A stretch of 63,985 bases of DNA from Octopus bimaculoides (taxonomy: Eukaryota), in contig NC_068990.1 of assembly GCF_001194135.2 (NCBI RefSeq), positions 61,505,252-61,569,236 of the forward strand, in the 5' to 3' direction. Below the pieces are notes generated by a model. That model was not told where the DNA came from. It saw only the letters and a list, made by a program, of their open reading frames with translations, and did no database searches. Both the position numbers and the translations under genes were made by a program. Positions 22,219-34,589 of this stretch are shown one piece after another (the first letter of the stretch is position 1; each line of letters begins with the position of its first letter).

Positions 22219-25200
22219 TATCGTGTCGAGTGCGTTCCTCTTTTTGCCGATCGTCTTCCAGGAATAGTTTTAGGCATCGTTCTTCTCGCCAGCGTGCCAT
22301 CATTTCGTCTAACATGCCATGTTGGTACCATCGACGATTCGGGAATAAAGCACGTCAGTGTAGATAGCCTTGCTCCTACTCACCACAGGGAAACTTGACC
22401 GGGAGACCCTAAGCACGTCAGCTGACCCCGTGCTTCGTTCTACTCCGTATCGTGCATTTTTTGTTAGGGACGTCAACTCCTCCAAGCTTTTCATGGTCGA
22501 CACAGGAACCGGTGTTAGTATTTGGCCCTTACGTTTCACCTCGGCTAGGCCTCAACCTTCCGATATTTCTTTATATGCTGTTAATCATTCTACTATCCGG
22601 ACTTATAGACAGATTTCCTTATCTGTGAATTTATCTCTACGTAGAGACTTTAAATGGATTTTCGTCATCGCGGATCTGCTTTATCCAATATTGGGTGTGG
22701 ATTTTCTACACCATTATTCATTATTGGTTGATGTGAGAAGGCAGCGGCTTCTCGACAATACCACCTCCTTATCGACTCCTATGAAGAATTCTACTGTCGC
22801 TCCTGTAAGTCCCTTTTTCTTCGTTGTCGCCTCAGGAGACCCATGCATTGCTTGCTTCGTTTCCAGAGCTTACTGATTTGTTGTTTAAACCAGTCCAGCC
22901 TCTTTACTCAACGAGACACTTCATCTCCACGAAGGGACCCTCCTGTTTTTCCCGTCTGCGGCGGTTGGCACCAGACAAGCTTAAGACAGATCGAGCTGAA
23001 TTTGAACATATGCTCCAGCTTGGTCTTCCTCAACGAGCCCATGGGCGTTTCCTTTACACATAGCAAACAAAAACAAAGGTACTGCATACTTCCGACCGGT
23101 TGGGGATTTCAGACGCCTCAATGCCATCACTACAGCTGACAGATATCCTTTACCTCACTTTCGAGATTATTCATCTGCTTTACATGGATCTACCGTTTTT
23201 TCCTATATTGACCTGGTACGTGCATACCACTAAATACCAGTGAATCCGGCAGACATCGCGAAAACAGCTGTGACCATTCCATTTGGTTCGTTCGAGTTCT
23301 TATCCATACCATTTGGACTACCAGCACTTTCCAGCAGTTCACTGATGAAATCGTTCGTGGGATAGATTTCATTTTTGCTTACGTGGACGACTTCCTCATT
23401 GTCAGTGACACAGCTGAACATCATCATCAACACCTATCTCAGTCATTCCAGCGTCTCCGGTCGTACAATGTCAAGGTCAACCCTGCAAAGTGTGTGTATG
23501 GTACAACTTAGTTGGATTTCCTGAGATATCTTATAAACTCTGAAGGCACACGGCTTCTGCCGGCGAAGGTGGTAGCGATTCAGTAACTTTCTCCCCCACC
23601 TCATTGAAACAGTCCCGTCATTTCTTAGGGCTAATCAACTATCGTCGCTTCATTCCTCACTGTGCGAACAAGTTGTTTCCTTTGACTCGGCTTTTGAAAG
23701 ACAAAAAAAAAAAATTTTTAATCATCCTATAGCGAACGCAGAACTATCCTTAACCGTTGATGCATTAAATTTTGGTATTGGCGCTGTATTGCAACAGACG
23801 TTCAACCACCAGCGTTTTTCTCACGCCAACTGAAACCAGCCGAACAACAGCATAGCGCTTTAGATAGAGAGCTGTTAGCTGTTTATCTTGCTGTGAGACA
23901 CTTCCACCAACTCCTTGAAAGTCGGGAGTTCACGGACCATAAACCGCTCACATTCGTGCTATAATCTAAGTCGGAGAATTACTCACCGAGAGCATACAGA
24001 AACGTTAGCACGCCGGGCGAAATGCTTAGCGGTATTTCGTCTGCAGCTACGTTCTGAGTTCAAATTCCGCCGAGGTCGACTTTGCCTTTCATCCTTTCGG
24101 AGTCGATTAAATAAGTACCAGTTACGCACTGGGTCCATGTAATCGACTTAATCCGTTTGGCTGTCCTTGTTTGTCCCCTCTGTGTGTAGCCCCTTGTGAG
24201 TAGTAAAGAAATGACACTAGGATTTCATTTCTCAGTTCACCAGTGACATACGCCATATTGCTGGATCTGCTAATATACCCGCTGATGCTTTATCTAAGCT
24301 TCCTCTGAGTTCCCTTTCGTCTCCTGCAACAGTTAATCTGGTCACCATTGCTTCAGGCCAGCCTTCCTTGGATTCTCTCGACATTTCTTCTGCCCAGTTT
24401 TCCTACTGCAAGTTTGAGTACCTTTCACTTCCGTCCGTTGAGAGGAACATCCTCTGCGATGTTTCCACTGGTTCACCCAGCCCACTCGTTACTGATCGTC
24501 ATCGCCGCACCATCTTCGACGCTCTGCATTCGTTGTCACATCCAGGCATTTCTGCCACGGTGAAGCTTATCACGGCCCAATTCTTCTGGCCTGATATGCA
24601 TCGTACAATCACCGCTTGGGCGCGTTCTTGTTTGCAGTGTCAGCGCTCCAAGGTGCATAGGGCACAATTCAGTCCGCCAGACACTTGCTTCCGACACATC
24701 CATATTGATCATGTTGGTTCTTGACCCGTCAGTTTCAGTTTCACGTACATTTTTGACCTGTATTGGTCGGCTCTCCTGATGGCTAGAGGCCATACCTCTG
24801 GTAGATATTACTGCCGAGTCTGACGCTCGAGCTCTCATCTCAGGTTGGATTGCTTGCTTTGGCGTCCCCTTCAGGATCACCACTGACCGTGGACGCCAAT
24901 TCGAAGCCTCCCTTTTCCTTGAACTGTCGCGGCTATTGGGTGTACAGCACATTCATACGACTAGTTATCACCCAGCCTTGAATAGAATGGTGGAGAGGTT
25001 GCATAGGCAGTTAAAGGCTGCATTTCGCGCTACTCTAGATCCCCAACAATGGACTGAATTTCTTCCCATTCTTCTCCTAGGTTGCCAGTCCGCTGTTAAG
25101 GCGGATTTGGGTTACTCCTCAGCCGAACTCTTGTACAGTATCACTTTGGTACTTCCTGTTCAAATGTTGGCACCAGTCGACTCACCGCATCCGGAACCTA

Positions 25201-25588
25201 CGTCATACATTACCAGACATTGTTCTTACTTCTCGGATCTGCTACCCATGGCACCTCGTGGCCAGTCTATTTCTTCTGCTTTTCCAGCGGATATCGTTAC
25301 ATGGAGACGTTTTTTTTTTTTTTTGTGGAATGATGTCGTAAAAGGACCACTTACACAGCCCTACTCAAGCCCTTTGCGTGTGCTTTCACACACGCCAAAA
25401 CTTTTCACCGCGGACATTAACGGTCGGAAAGAGACTGTATCTATTTACAGAGTAAAGAAGGCTTTCTATGAAAGTCTTATTCCACTACCTGACACACCAC
25501 TAACAACTTCACATCAACCTCAAACATCTTTACATGCTTCCAAACAATATTCGCAAACACCATAATCCACTCCACCTTGTGTCACACG
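22219..25588 (+). mobile_element. Decayed Ty3/gypsy LTR retrotransposon internal region, CsRn1-like (Gag CHCC, PR, RT, RNase H, IN)
   Basis: CWYHRRFGNKARQCR*PC (22320-22373); FMVDTG protease; YPLPHF and YVDDFL (23380) RT; RELLAVY/DHKPL RNase H; [16 protein letters not shown] and GPY/F-like integrase motifs. Many stops and frameshifts; LTRs not identifiable. Confidence 0.9.
23997..24212 (+). mobile_element. 5'-truncated SINE family A inserted into the gypsy RNase H/IN linker
   Basis: Removing it restores ...YSPRAYRH...DFISQFT. Confidence 0.9.
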
Positions 25589-26508
25589 NNNNNNNNNNNN
25601 NNNNNNNNNNNNNNNNNNNNNNNNNNNNNNNNNNNNNNNNNNNNNNNNNNNNNNNNNNNNNNNNNNNNNNNNNNNNNNNNNNNNNNNNNNNNNNNNNNNN
25701 NNNNNNNNNNNNNNNNNNNNNNNNNNNNNNNNNNNNNNNNNNNNNNNNNNNNNNNNNNNNNNNNNNNNNNNNNNNNNNNNNNNNNNNNNNNNNNNNNNNN
25801 NNNNNNNNNNNNNNNNNNNNNNNNNNNNNNNNNNNNNNNNNNNNNNNNNNNNNNNNNNNNNNNNNNNNNNNNNNATATATATATATATATATATATAAAC
25901 AATATATGAGTATATGCATATATATGTACATACCTTCATCTACATGTACATATAGATATATATCTGGGTACATGACGTTGCAAAAGAACATGGACAAAAT
26001 GATAAACAAGGTACAACAAACAAGCAGGCCACATAGAGAACATATCCTTCATCAGCTGCCACCATTAAAACACCGGCGTTTATATGCATGTATATGTATT
26101 TGCTATTGAAAGATGAACAAATAAAGCATCATTTTTGTTTCCATACCTTTATAAGGGGTTTGGCTGTGACTTGGAATGGATTACTCCTATTTCTATGTAT
26201 TTCAATTACTCATGTAACGAACAATCTGGTTCACAAATGGGACTCCGAAACGAATTATGTTAGTATATAGAGACCCCAATGGGTGTGTGTGTGTGTGTGT
26301 GTTTACATGTACACACTCACACACATATATGTGTGTGCGTGTTTATATATGTGTGTATGCAGAACATACACAACTAATTAATCACCGTGTTCAAACTAAA
26401 TGTCAGTGCCAAATGCACTGTCTTTACTATAGTATGTTCACAGAAGTAGATGTATATGTGTATGAGTGTATGTATAGCGTATGTGTATGTGTGCGTGCGT
26501 GTGTGAAA

Positions 26509-26510
<2 letters not shown>

Positions 26511-26592
<82 letters not shown>
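26511..26592. repeat. (AG)n microsatellite
   Basis: Direct reading. Confidence 0.95.
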
Positions 26593-26596
<4 letters not shown>

Positions 26597-27765
26597 AGAA
26601 GAAATGCATATGTGTAGGTACATGAAATTAAATAATATAGAAATAATACGAATAGGCAAAAAATTTAGAAATGGGAGTTAGGAGTGTCCGTGCACTGACA
26701 TCGAGGTTAGAAGTTCAAATTTTGCCATTGTGTTGTGCATACAAACGAGGCACACGTCTTTGTTTGGTTTAAGATGCCTGACAAAGAAAGAAAAGAAAAC
26801 GTGTTTTCACTAATACTTCTCAGTTGAATGATTAGCGGTAGGAAGGGCATCCAGCTGTGAAAACAATTACTTTAACATAATTCTATTTGATTCATGTATA
26901 GGAAAGTGAGTGTAAATGTCTAAATAAAAAGCATAAGTTCCGTTTACTAAAATAAGAAACGCATGGCTCAGTGGTTAAAATGTTTCCCTTGTAAACTTGA
27001 TTCAAGGTTCAATCACACAATGTGACACTTTTGAGCAAGTATTTTTTTTTAAAGATCATATGTTGACTAGGAATGCATATATACTGGACACACACACATG
27101 CGCATGGTATTGTGGGTAGGGTGTTGCACAAATGATCTAGCGATCGTGATTTCAATTCCTGTACTGCGTAATGCGTTGTGTCCTTGAGGGAAACACCTCA
27201 TCTCACTTTGCTCTGCGATCACTTCCACATCTGATGCATGGTACATAGTGAACCTGTTCAGACAACCAAAGACGAATTAAATTAAACTGGCGTGTGTGGC
27301 AGTAAAGCCTTACAGCAGGGACATAAGAATTGACAGGCACAGGGAGGAATGTAGATGCTGAACGGTCTGTAGTCGAATCAAGAAAGAAAGGTCAGGCTTG
27401 GCCGAACACTGGTTACGAGGGGAGAGAAGAGAAAGGTATGTATGTATGTATGTATGTATGTATGGTATGGTAATCTTTTTTTGTTTTTGCAAAATAAACA
27501 CATATACTATATTTCTGTTCTTCAGCTACGGTGTGTAACCATATCTGCGCATGTGTTTATATCTGTATCTCCGTGCATGTGTGCGCGTGTCTATGTGTTT
27601 TGTGTGTGTGTATATGGGTTTGCTTACTATACTGCCCTTCCCCGCAAAACAAATCACCATCTCGAAATATAACAGCATATGTCGCAACACACGATTTCAC
27701 ATTAAGAATCTTGCAAAACGAATATATAAACGTGTGTGTGTGTGTGTGTGAAACATACATGCTGC

Positions 27766-27965
27766 AATAGCTTGGGATTTAGGGCTCACAGCTATTTAAT
27801 GCCTTCCCAAAATATCTGAGGGATCTTTATGGAGTAGGGGGTAGATATTTTCAAGAAACAACTTGACCTCCTGCTATACAAGGTCCCACATGAACCAATA
27901 TCAGGGCGGAAAACTCAAAAAAAAGGGCAGCAGTGTTGAACTCCTTCCTTCACCAAAAACCAATT
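27766..27965 (+). pseudogene. CR1-like LINE ORF2 3'-terminal fragment
   Basis: NSLGFR...VDIFKKQLDLLLYKVPHEP...RAAVLNSFLHQ resembles the CR1 terminal FK..LD.FL..VPDEP...RAA.SNSL motif. Confidence 0.6.
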
Positions 27966-28959
27966 ACATAAGGATAGCCATTGAAAAGTTGATTACAGTG
28001 GCGGAGCTCCAGCATGGCCACAGCCTTTGGGCTGAAACATATAAAAGGGTAAAAGAATAAAAAAATATGCACTCGCATACACAAAAATATCTGTCTGTGA
28101 CAAGTGACAGTGCATGCGTTTTGGGACAAAAAATTTACAATACGACTTGATAAATATTTGCCAATGAAATTTATACCAGAATGAAATATATACTGGAGTC
28201 TATCTGACTGATGAAACTACCATTATAAATGGGACTACAGCTTGGCCGCCGTTCAGAATATAATTTGCGTATTATATATAAGTAACGAATGCACCCGTGT
28301 ATGTGTGTGTGTGTCTTTTATATGTTTCAGTCATTGGACTGCGGCCATGCTGGTGTACTGCTTTCTAGGGCTTAGTGGAACCATTCGATTCTAGTACTAC
28401 TTCTTTAAGTTTGTTACTTATTCCATCATTCTCTTTGCCGAACTGTTAAATTATAAGGGTATAAACAAACGAAAAGTACTCACACAAATACATATACACA
28501 TCCGTCTATCCATATATACACACAAACAAACAAACATGCATACTTAGATACATAAATACATACATACTTAAATACATATATGCATACACACACATGCATA
28601 TATACAGACACGCACACATATACGCATACAGACACGCACACATATACGCATACATACATACATGCATGCATGCATAATACATACATACATACATATTCAT
28701 GGCGTTGAATACAGACACGTTGACATAGAGGATTAGTTATTCTAACGGATAATGAATACGATCCACTATAATTTTTGCCATTAATACAAGCTTGGCTTAA
28801 AGAAATGGTTATCTTCTTTGAGTAAATGCAAAGAAACAGCCTTTTTGTGTGTAAAAGATCGTAGCAGTAACCAAACAGTGAAATACACATCACGTCGAAG
28901 ATTACGATACATACACCATGGTGACGAAAGTACAAAGAGTCAGCTATCACAGATCGTAG

Positions 28960-29945
28960 AACTATCGAGAAAACTTCCAGTGTTCTTTTGAACAGAACCA
29001 AAATCTAAACCAGTTCTATAGAAAGGCTATGGAAGATCCCTCAATAGACTACGTGAAGAGGCTTAAAGAATATGGGATAAGAGATATCCAACATTCTGAA
29101 ATTTTGAAGAAGAACAATTACGCCAGCAAGTTACATTTACTGAAAATAAATATGTCACCCTATTAAAACAAAATCACTCAGTCATAATGCATAAATGATA
29201 ATACTCGTTTTAACAAACACAGTAAACTTTTTCTGCGAAGAGACTGTGAATGACAAGAAACACAACCATGATTAGCACAACAGTGACAAACCGTCACCAT
29301 AACACCTATATGCGGTAACCACTTCTGATCCCGCAAAAACAAGTGAGGAATATACAATATCAAAAACACAACTTGCATCGAAGTTCAAGCGGAACTTCAC
29401 TATTTATATACATAAAGCACTGCATGAGAAAACAATACTGACACGAGTTGGGGGAGAAAAAAAAAACCCGTCGACCTGATGTTATTTGCGATCAACGAAA
29501 TTGCGAGAGAGTAGCTCAAATTCAAGTTCCCAGCTTTTGGATAATAAATGTCCTGCTATGTTGTGCCGCAGTTACCGTGTATCAACAAATAGGAGTGAAC
29601 GAGGCTGACTCAAAGGATACTTTAAGATAGATCACCCCACTTCAAAATAACACCAACGAACTCCCCAAAATACGACCGTTGGACATTATCATGAAATGTA
29701 AAGCTAAAAATGAATTCACGAATCACCAACTATGACTGCATGATAGACTCTTCAAATTGTATGGGAACTGCCACCGAAAAACACTCACAAGCAAACTGTT
29801 CACCTTCAAACGTGATCGACGAGCTGTAAGTGACATACTTTGTTAATGTTAAAAATTACATGAACAAAAAATGATAAATCACAAGTTTTCCTGAATCTTC
29901 ACAAAAAACTAGAGTCGTTCTGACGGGGAATCTGGAATGCAAACA
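28960..29945 (+). pseudogene. Decayed N-terminal region of an R4/Dong-like ORF
   Basis: AMEDPSIDYVKRL...EEQLRQQV, FWIINVLLCCAAVTV and LESF*RGIW resemble pre-RT motifs of R4-clade ORFs; frames are broken. Confidence 0.55.
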
Positions 29946-29999
29946 AAGAACACAATCGCGATGCAGCATGGTTAAATGAACTATGGAGTGAGTAGGTGT

Positions 30000-30122
30000 A
30001 AATGCCTCTCCTAAAACACATAACATCACCAGCGAAACACTGGTATTTAATTTATCGACCCCGAAAGGATGAAAGCCAAAGTTGACCTCGGTGGAATTTG
30101 AACACAGGACGTAAAGACAGAC

Positions 30123-30124
<2 letters not shown>
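30000..30124 (-). mobile_element. SINE family A fragment truncated at (TA)n
   Basis: TCGACCCCGAAAGGATGAAAGCCAAAGTTGACCTCGGTGGAATTTGAAC. Confidence 0.8.
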
Positions 30125-30161
<37 letters not shown>

Positions 30162-30843
30162 NNNNNNNNNNNNNNNNNNNNNNNNNNNNNNNNNNNNNNN
30201 NNNNNNNNNNNNNNNNNNNNNNNNNNNNNNNNNNNNNNNNNNNNNNNNNNNNNNNNNNNNNNNNNNNNNNNNNNNNNNNNNNNNNNNNNNNNNNNNNNNN
30301 NNNNNNNNNNNNNNNNNNNNNNNNNNNNNNNNNNNNNNNNNNNNNNNNNNNNNNNNNNNNNNNNNNNNNNNNNNNNNNNNNNNNNNNNNNNNNNNNNNNN
30401 NNNNNNNNNNNNNNNNNNNNNNNNNNNNNNNNNNNNNNNNNNNNNNNNNNNNNNNNNNNNNNNNNNNNNNNNNNNNNNNNNNNNNNNNNNNNNNNNNNNN
30501 NNNNNNNNNNNNNNNNNNNNNNNNNNNNNNNNNNNNNNNNNNNNNNNNNNNNNNNNNNNNNNNNNNNNNNNNNNNNNNNNNNNNNNNNNNNNNNNNNNNN
30601 NNNNNNNNNNNNNNNNNNNNNNNNNNNNNNNNNNNNNNNNNNNNNNNNNNNNNNNNNNNNNNNNNNNNNNNNNNNNNNNNNNNNNNNNNNNNNNNNNNNN
30701 NNNNNNNNNNNNNNNNNNNNNNNNNNNNNNNNNNNNNNNNNNNNNNNNNNNNNNNNNNNNNNNNNNNNNNNNNNNNNNNNNNNNNNNNNNNNNNNNNNNN
30801 NNNNNNNNNNNNNNNNNNNNNNNNNNNNNNNNNNNNNNNNNNN

Positions 30844-30871
<28 letters not shown>

Positions 30872-30877
<6 letters not shown>

Positions 30878-31300
30878 GTATACCTATAAGATAATGAAGG
30901 GTGAGAACTTACCCTATATTTTCCGAAGGTGGCGAGATAAACGTTTGTCAACGATCGTTTTGGCAGAAATAACGTTGGTATGAATAACCAAATATACACA
31001 CAGGAAGTTAGCATAGTACGAGACAGGTAATCTCGTTCACTTCCTGTTAACAAGCAAGGCAGGTAATCTCTTACTTCCTGTTAAAAAGCGGAGTGGGGAG
31101 CACAGCGGGAGCTTGGCGCAGATAGAACCAGAACGAAACGGAGCTGCATACGGGTCGGAGAGTTCACCACCTACCTTGAAACCATTGAGACTGGATATAA
31201 TCTCCATATATGAACATTTACTTCCCTGTTTGAACACTTTGTTGTTACGATCAGAAGTTTACCCCCTTTTCTTACATTATTAATTTGTCAGATCGTAACA
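30872..31300 (+). repeat. 5' LTR
   Basis: Alignable with 33702-34130 with scattered substitutions; ends ...CGTAACA just before the PBS; contains a duplicated AGGTAATCTC...ACTTCCTGTTAA motif. Confidence 0.92.
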
Positions 31301-31303
31301 AAT

Positions 31304-31321
31304 TGGGGGCTCGTCCGGAAT
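31304..31321 (+). promoter_or_regulatory. Primer-binding site complementary to the tRNA-Pro 3' end
   Basis: TGGGGGCTCGTCCGGAAT, 17/18 identical to the canonical tRNA-Pro PBS TGGGGGCTCGTCCGGGAT, 3 nt after the LTR. Confidence 0.9.
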
Positions 31322-31509
31322 TCTGAACTCTCGCAAACACATTATAAAACAACTTTACAATTCACCTATGAACTGATCGATTTGAGTTTTTTTTTTTTTT
31401 TTTTTTTTTAAAGGCTATATACAAAAATTTCCACTGCTAAAATACACATATTACCTGCATAATTTTGTATCAATATTCGAAATTCTTCTAGTGAAACCAG
31501 TATTTAATC

Positions 31510-32572
31510 ATGGAATTTAAAGTTGAAGAATTTATTGAATTTTCCAGTGTGGAGCAATTGAGGATTTAGAAAAATCAGAATTGTTGTTATTGGCCAAGCA
31601 TTACGATCTGGAGGGGGCTAAGTCTACCATGAAAAAGAATGAGTTTTTCAAAATGGTTTTGGAACATTTAGTTGATGAAGAAATTTTCGAAGATTCGACT
31701 TTGTTATTGTTGAAACCAGAGAAAACAGATGAGTTTGAGTTGAGGAAATTAGAATTTCAAAAAGCAATAAGGGAAATGGAAATTCAAAAAGAATTAAAAT
31801 TGAAAGAAATGGAGTTACAGAGTAGAAAGTTGGACACTACTCCTGATCAGACAGATTTTGATGTAGCTACAAATATTAGACTTGTGCCTCCATTTAGTGA
31901 AAAAGGATGTTGATAAATTTTTCTTTCATTTTGAAAAGGTGGCAATAAATTTGAGATGGCCTGTGGAGCATTGGACAATGTTAATACAAAGTGTTTTAAA
32001 AGGCAGGGCTCAGGAAGTCTATTCGGCTTTATCGATCGAAGCAAGTTTGAGTTATGAGGTGGTCAAACAGGCTATTCTGAAAGCCTAGGCATATAAACAA
32101 AAATTTAGGCAGTCCAAGAAAAGAAGGGAGGATACCTATGTAGAATTTGCGAGAGAGAAGGAAAATTTGTTTGATAGGTGGTGTGTGTCAAAAGAAGTTG
32201 GGGAAGATTTTCACAAATTGAGGCAGCTTATATTATTAGAGGAGTTCAAACAGTGTGTTCATATTGATATTAGGACTTATTTAGAAGAGCAGAGTAGAAC
32301 AGTTACAAGAAGTAGCTAGTTTAGCAGAGGATTACTCTATTACTCACAAGCATGAGTTCAAGCTGTATGGTTATTGTCATCCGGATAATTTCGAGGTAGG
32401 TCAGACAAGTAAAATAATTTATTCAGCTCGGTCAGGTTCGAATCCTAACAAGTCCAGTGGTTCAGAGTTAAGAAAGTCAACCTGTCCTTTTATTTCTAAA
32501 TCTGATTCAAATTTTCATTCAACAATTATTTGTAGATATTGTAGAAAGTCAGGCCATTTGATTTCTGAGTGT
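31510..32572 (+). pseudogene. Disrupted gag (SCAN-like capsid region and CCHC knuckle)
   Basis: MEFKVEEF...; LVPPFSEK/DVDKFFFHFEKVAINLRWPVEHWTMLIQSVLKGRAQEVYSALS...YEVVKQAILKA; CRYCRKSGHLISEC at 32531-32572; frameshifts and a stop at 32086. Confidence 0.85.
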
Positions 32573-33652
32573 AAAAAGCTCAAGTTAAAAAATCAGTCAC
32601 AATCCTTTCCACACGCTTTTGTGAATATCAAGTCTGAGCCTATTTCCGATATTATTAACAATGAGGAGGGGTACTTGCCTTTTATTTCAAAAGGGTTTAT
32701 CTCACTTAAGGGTGATAAGTCCACATTACGACCCATCACTATTTTTAGGGACACAGGCGCACTCCACTCTCTAGTGTTGGAAGGTACTCTTCCTTTCTCG
32801 GACGTGTCGTCTGCTAACTCTGATGTTTTATTAGAGGGTATTAGTGGAATTTCAAGTGCACCTTTTCATTTTGTTGATTTGCAGTCAGATTTTGTGTCTG
32901 GTTTGGTGAAAGTTGGTGTTAAGAAAACTCTCCCAGTTTCAGGTGTGGACTTGATTATTGGAAATGATTTAGCAGGGCCCGAGGTTTTGTCTGATCCACA
33001 TGTTAGCATTAAGCCAAGCCCTTCTGAGAGCCCTGAATCCCACTTGAACTCGCTAGACCATGTGTCTACTTCTCGAAACCGACCTTCCAAAGCTACTGAG
33101 GTTGCCGGAGAACATTTGAAGAAATCACAGGACAAAACGAAAGCCATTTATGAAAAAAACTGTAAAGCCCGAAATTTCAGTCGTGGTGATAGGTCTAGAA
33201 GTGTACCATTAAAAGCCATACTTATGAGTTCTCTAGTTTTGATAGCACCAGATTTTGGGAAACCATTTAAGCTTTCTATTGATGCAAGTGACGCTGCTGT
33301 CGGTGGTGTTCTGTTACAACTGGATGCAAAGGGTGTTGATCATCCTGTTGGTTATTACTCAACGAAATTTGACGAACACCAGCGAAATTATTCAACCATT
33401 GAGAAAGAAACCCTTGCTTTGTTATTGTCATTGCGACATTTGGACATATATTTGGAAACCACCAAGTATCCCATTGAAGTGTTCACCGACCACAATCCAC
33501 TGACCTTTTTGCACAAGACGAAGAACAAAAATCAGAGATTAATGAGATGGAGTTTATCTTTGCAAGAATTTAATCTCAATATTCAACATATTCCAGGTAA
33601 AGACAATGTCATTGCGGGTGCACTCTCTCGAGTCAATCTCCTAAATTTGTAA
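32558..33652 (+). pseudogene. Open 364-codon residual pol frame: protease, integrase C-terminal tail, RNase H (RT and IN core absent)
   Basis: RDTGA (D at 32750) and GNDLAG; LDHVSTSRNR...HLKKSQDKTKAIYEK...RNFSRGDR (about 33038-33193); IDASD, NYSTIEKE, TDHNPL, GKDNVIAGALSR. Confidence 0.85.
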
Positions 33653-33701
33653 ATAAGAAAGTTTTCACTGCGTTCAACTTTCTTCCTTTGAGCGGGGAGA
33701 A

Positions 33702-34130
33702 TGTTATGTATACCTATAAGATAATGAAGGGTGAGAACTTACCCTATATTTTCCGAAGGTGGCGAGATAAACGTTTATCAACGACCGTTTTGGCAGTAAT
33801 AACGTTGGTATGAATAATCAAATATATATACAGGAGGTTAGCATAGTACGAGACAGGTAACCTCGTTCACTTCCTGTTAACAAGCAAGGCAGGTAATCTC
33901 GAACTTCCTGCTAAAAAGGGGAGTGGGGAACACAGCGGGAGCTTGGCGCGGATAAAACCAGAACGAGACGGAGCTGCATACGGGTCGGACCGTTCACTAC
34001 CTACCTTGAAACCATTGAGACGGGACATAATCTCCATATATGAACATTTACTTCCCTGTTTGAACACTCTATTGTTACGATCAGAAGATTTACCCCTTTT
34101 TCTTACATTATTAATTTGTCAGATCGTAAC
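33702..34130 (+). repeat. 3' LTR
   Basis: Starts TGTTATG right after the polypurine tract; matches the 5' LTR. Confidence 0.92.
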
Positions 34131-34556
34131 TATATNNNNNNNNNNNNNNNNNNNNNNNNNNNNNNNNNNNNNNNNNNNNNNNNNNNNNNNNNNNNNNNNN
34201 NNNNNNNNNNNNNNNNNNNNNNNNNNNNNNNNNNNNNNNNNNNNNNNNNNNNNNNNNNNNNNNNNNNNNNNNNNNNNNNNNNNNNNNNNNNNNNNNNNNN
34301 NNNNNNNNNNNNNNNNNNNNNNNNNNNNNNNNNNNNNNNNNNNNNNNNNNNNNNNNNNNNNNNNNNNNNNNNNNNNNNNNNNNNNNNNNNNNNNNNNNNN
34401 NNNNNNNNNNNNNNNNNNNNNNNNNNNNNNNNNNNNNNNNNNNNNCTTCATCAGCACTCATTTAACCTTTAGATGAGTGCTGATGAAGGGGCAAAAAAAA
34501 CCCCAAATATGGTATATAATTAAAAAATTATCAAAAATTCTGTTTCCTTTTTCTCA

Positions 34557-34589
<33 letters not shown>

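Larger units (their letters stand above)
30872..34130 (+). mobile_element. Gmr1-like Ty3/gypsy LTR retrotransposon, internally deleted (about 3.26 kb)
   Basis: Two approximately 429-bp LTRs; tRNA-Pro PBS; Gag with SCAN-like region and CCHC; PR, integrase tail, RNase H; PPT TTTGAGCGGGGAGAA before the 3' LTR. Confidence 0.92.

Noticed and set aside
25560-25588. 3' LTR start of the CsRn1-like element (TGTCACACG before the gap)
   Set aside because: No polypurine tract precedes it and there is no matching 5' copy; it cannot be assessed because of the gap.
9826-29945. One fragmented R4 element spanning 10-30 kb
   Set aside because: The same-strand pieces are in reverse domain order (RLE, RT, N-terminus).
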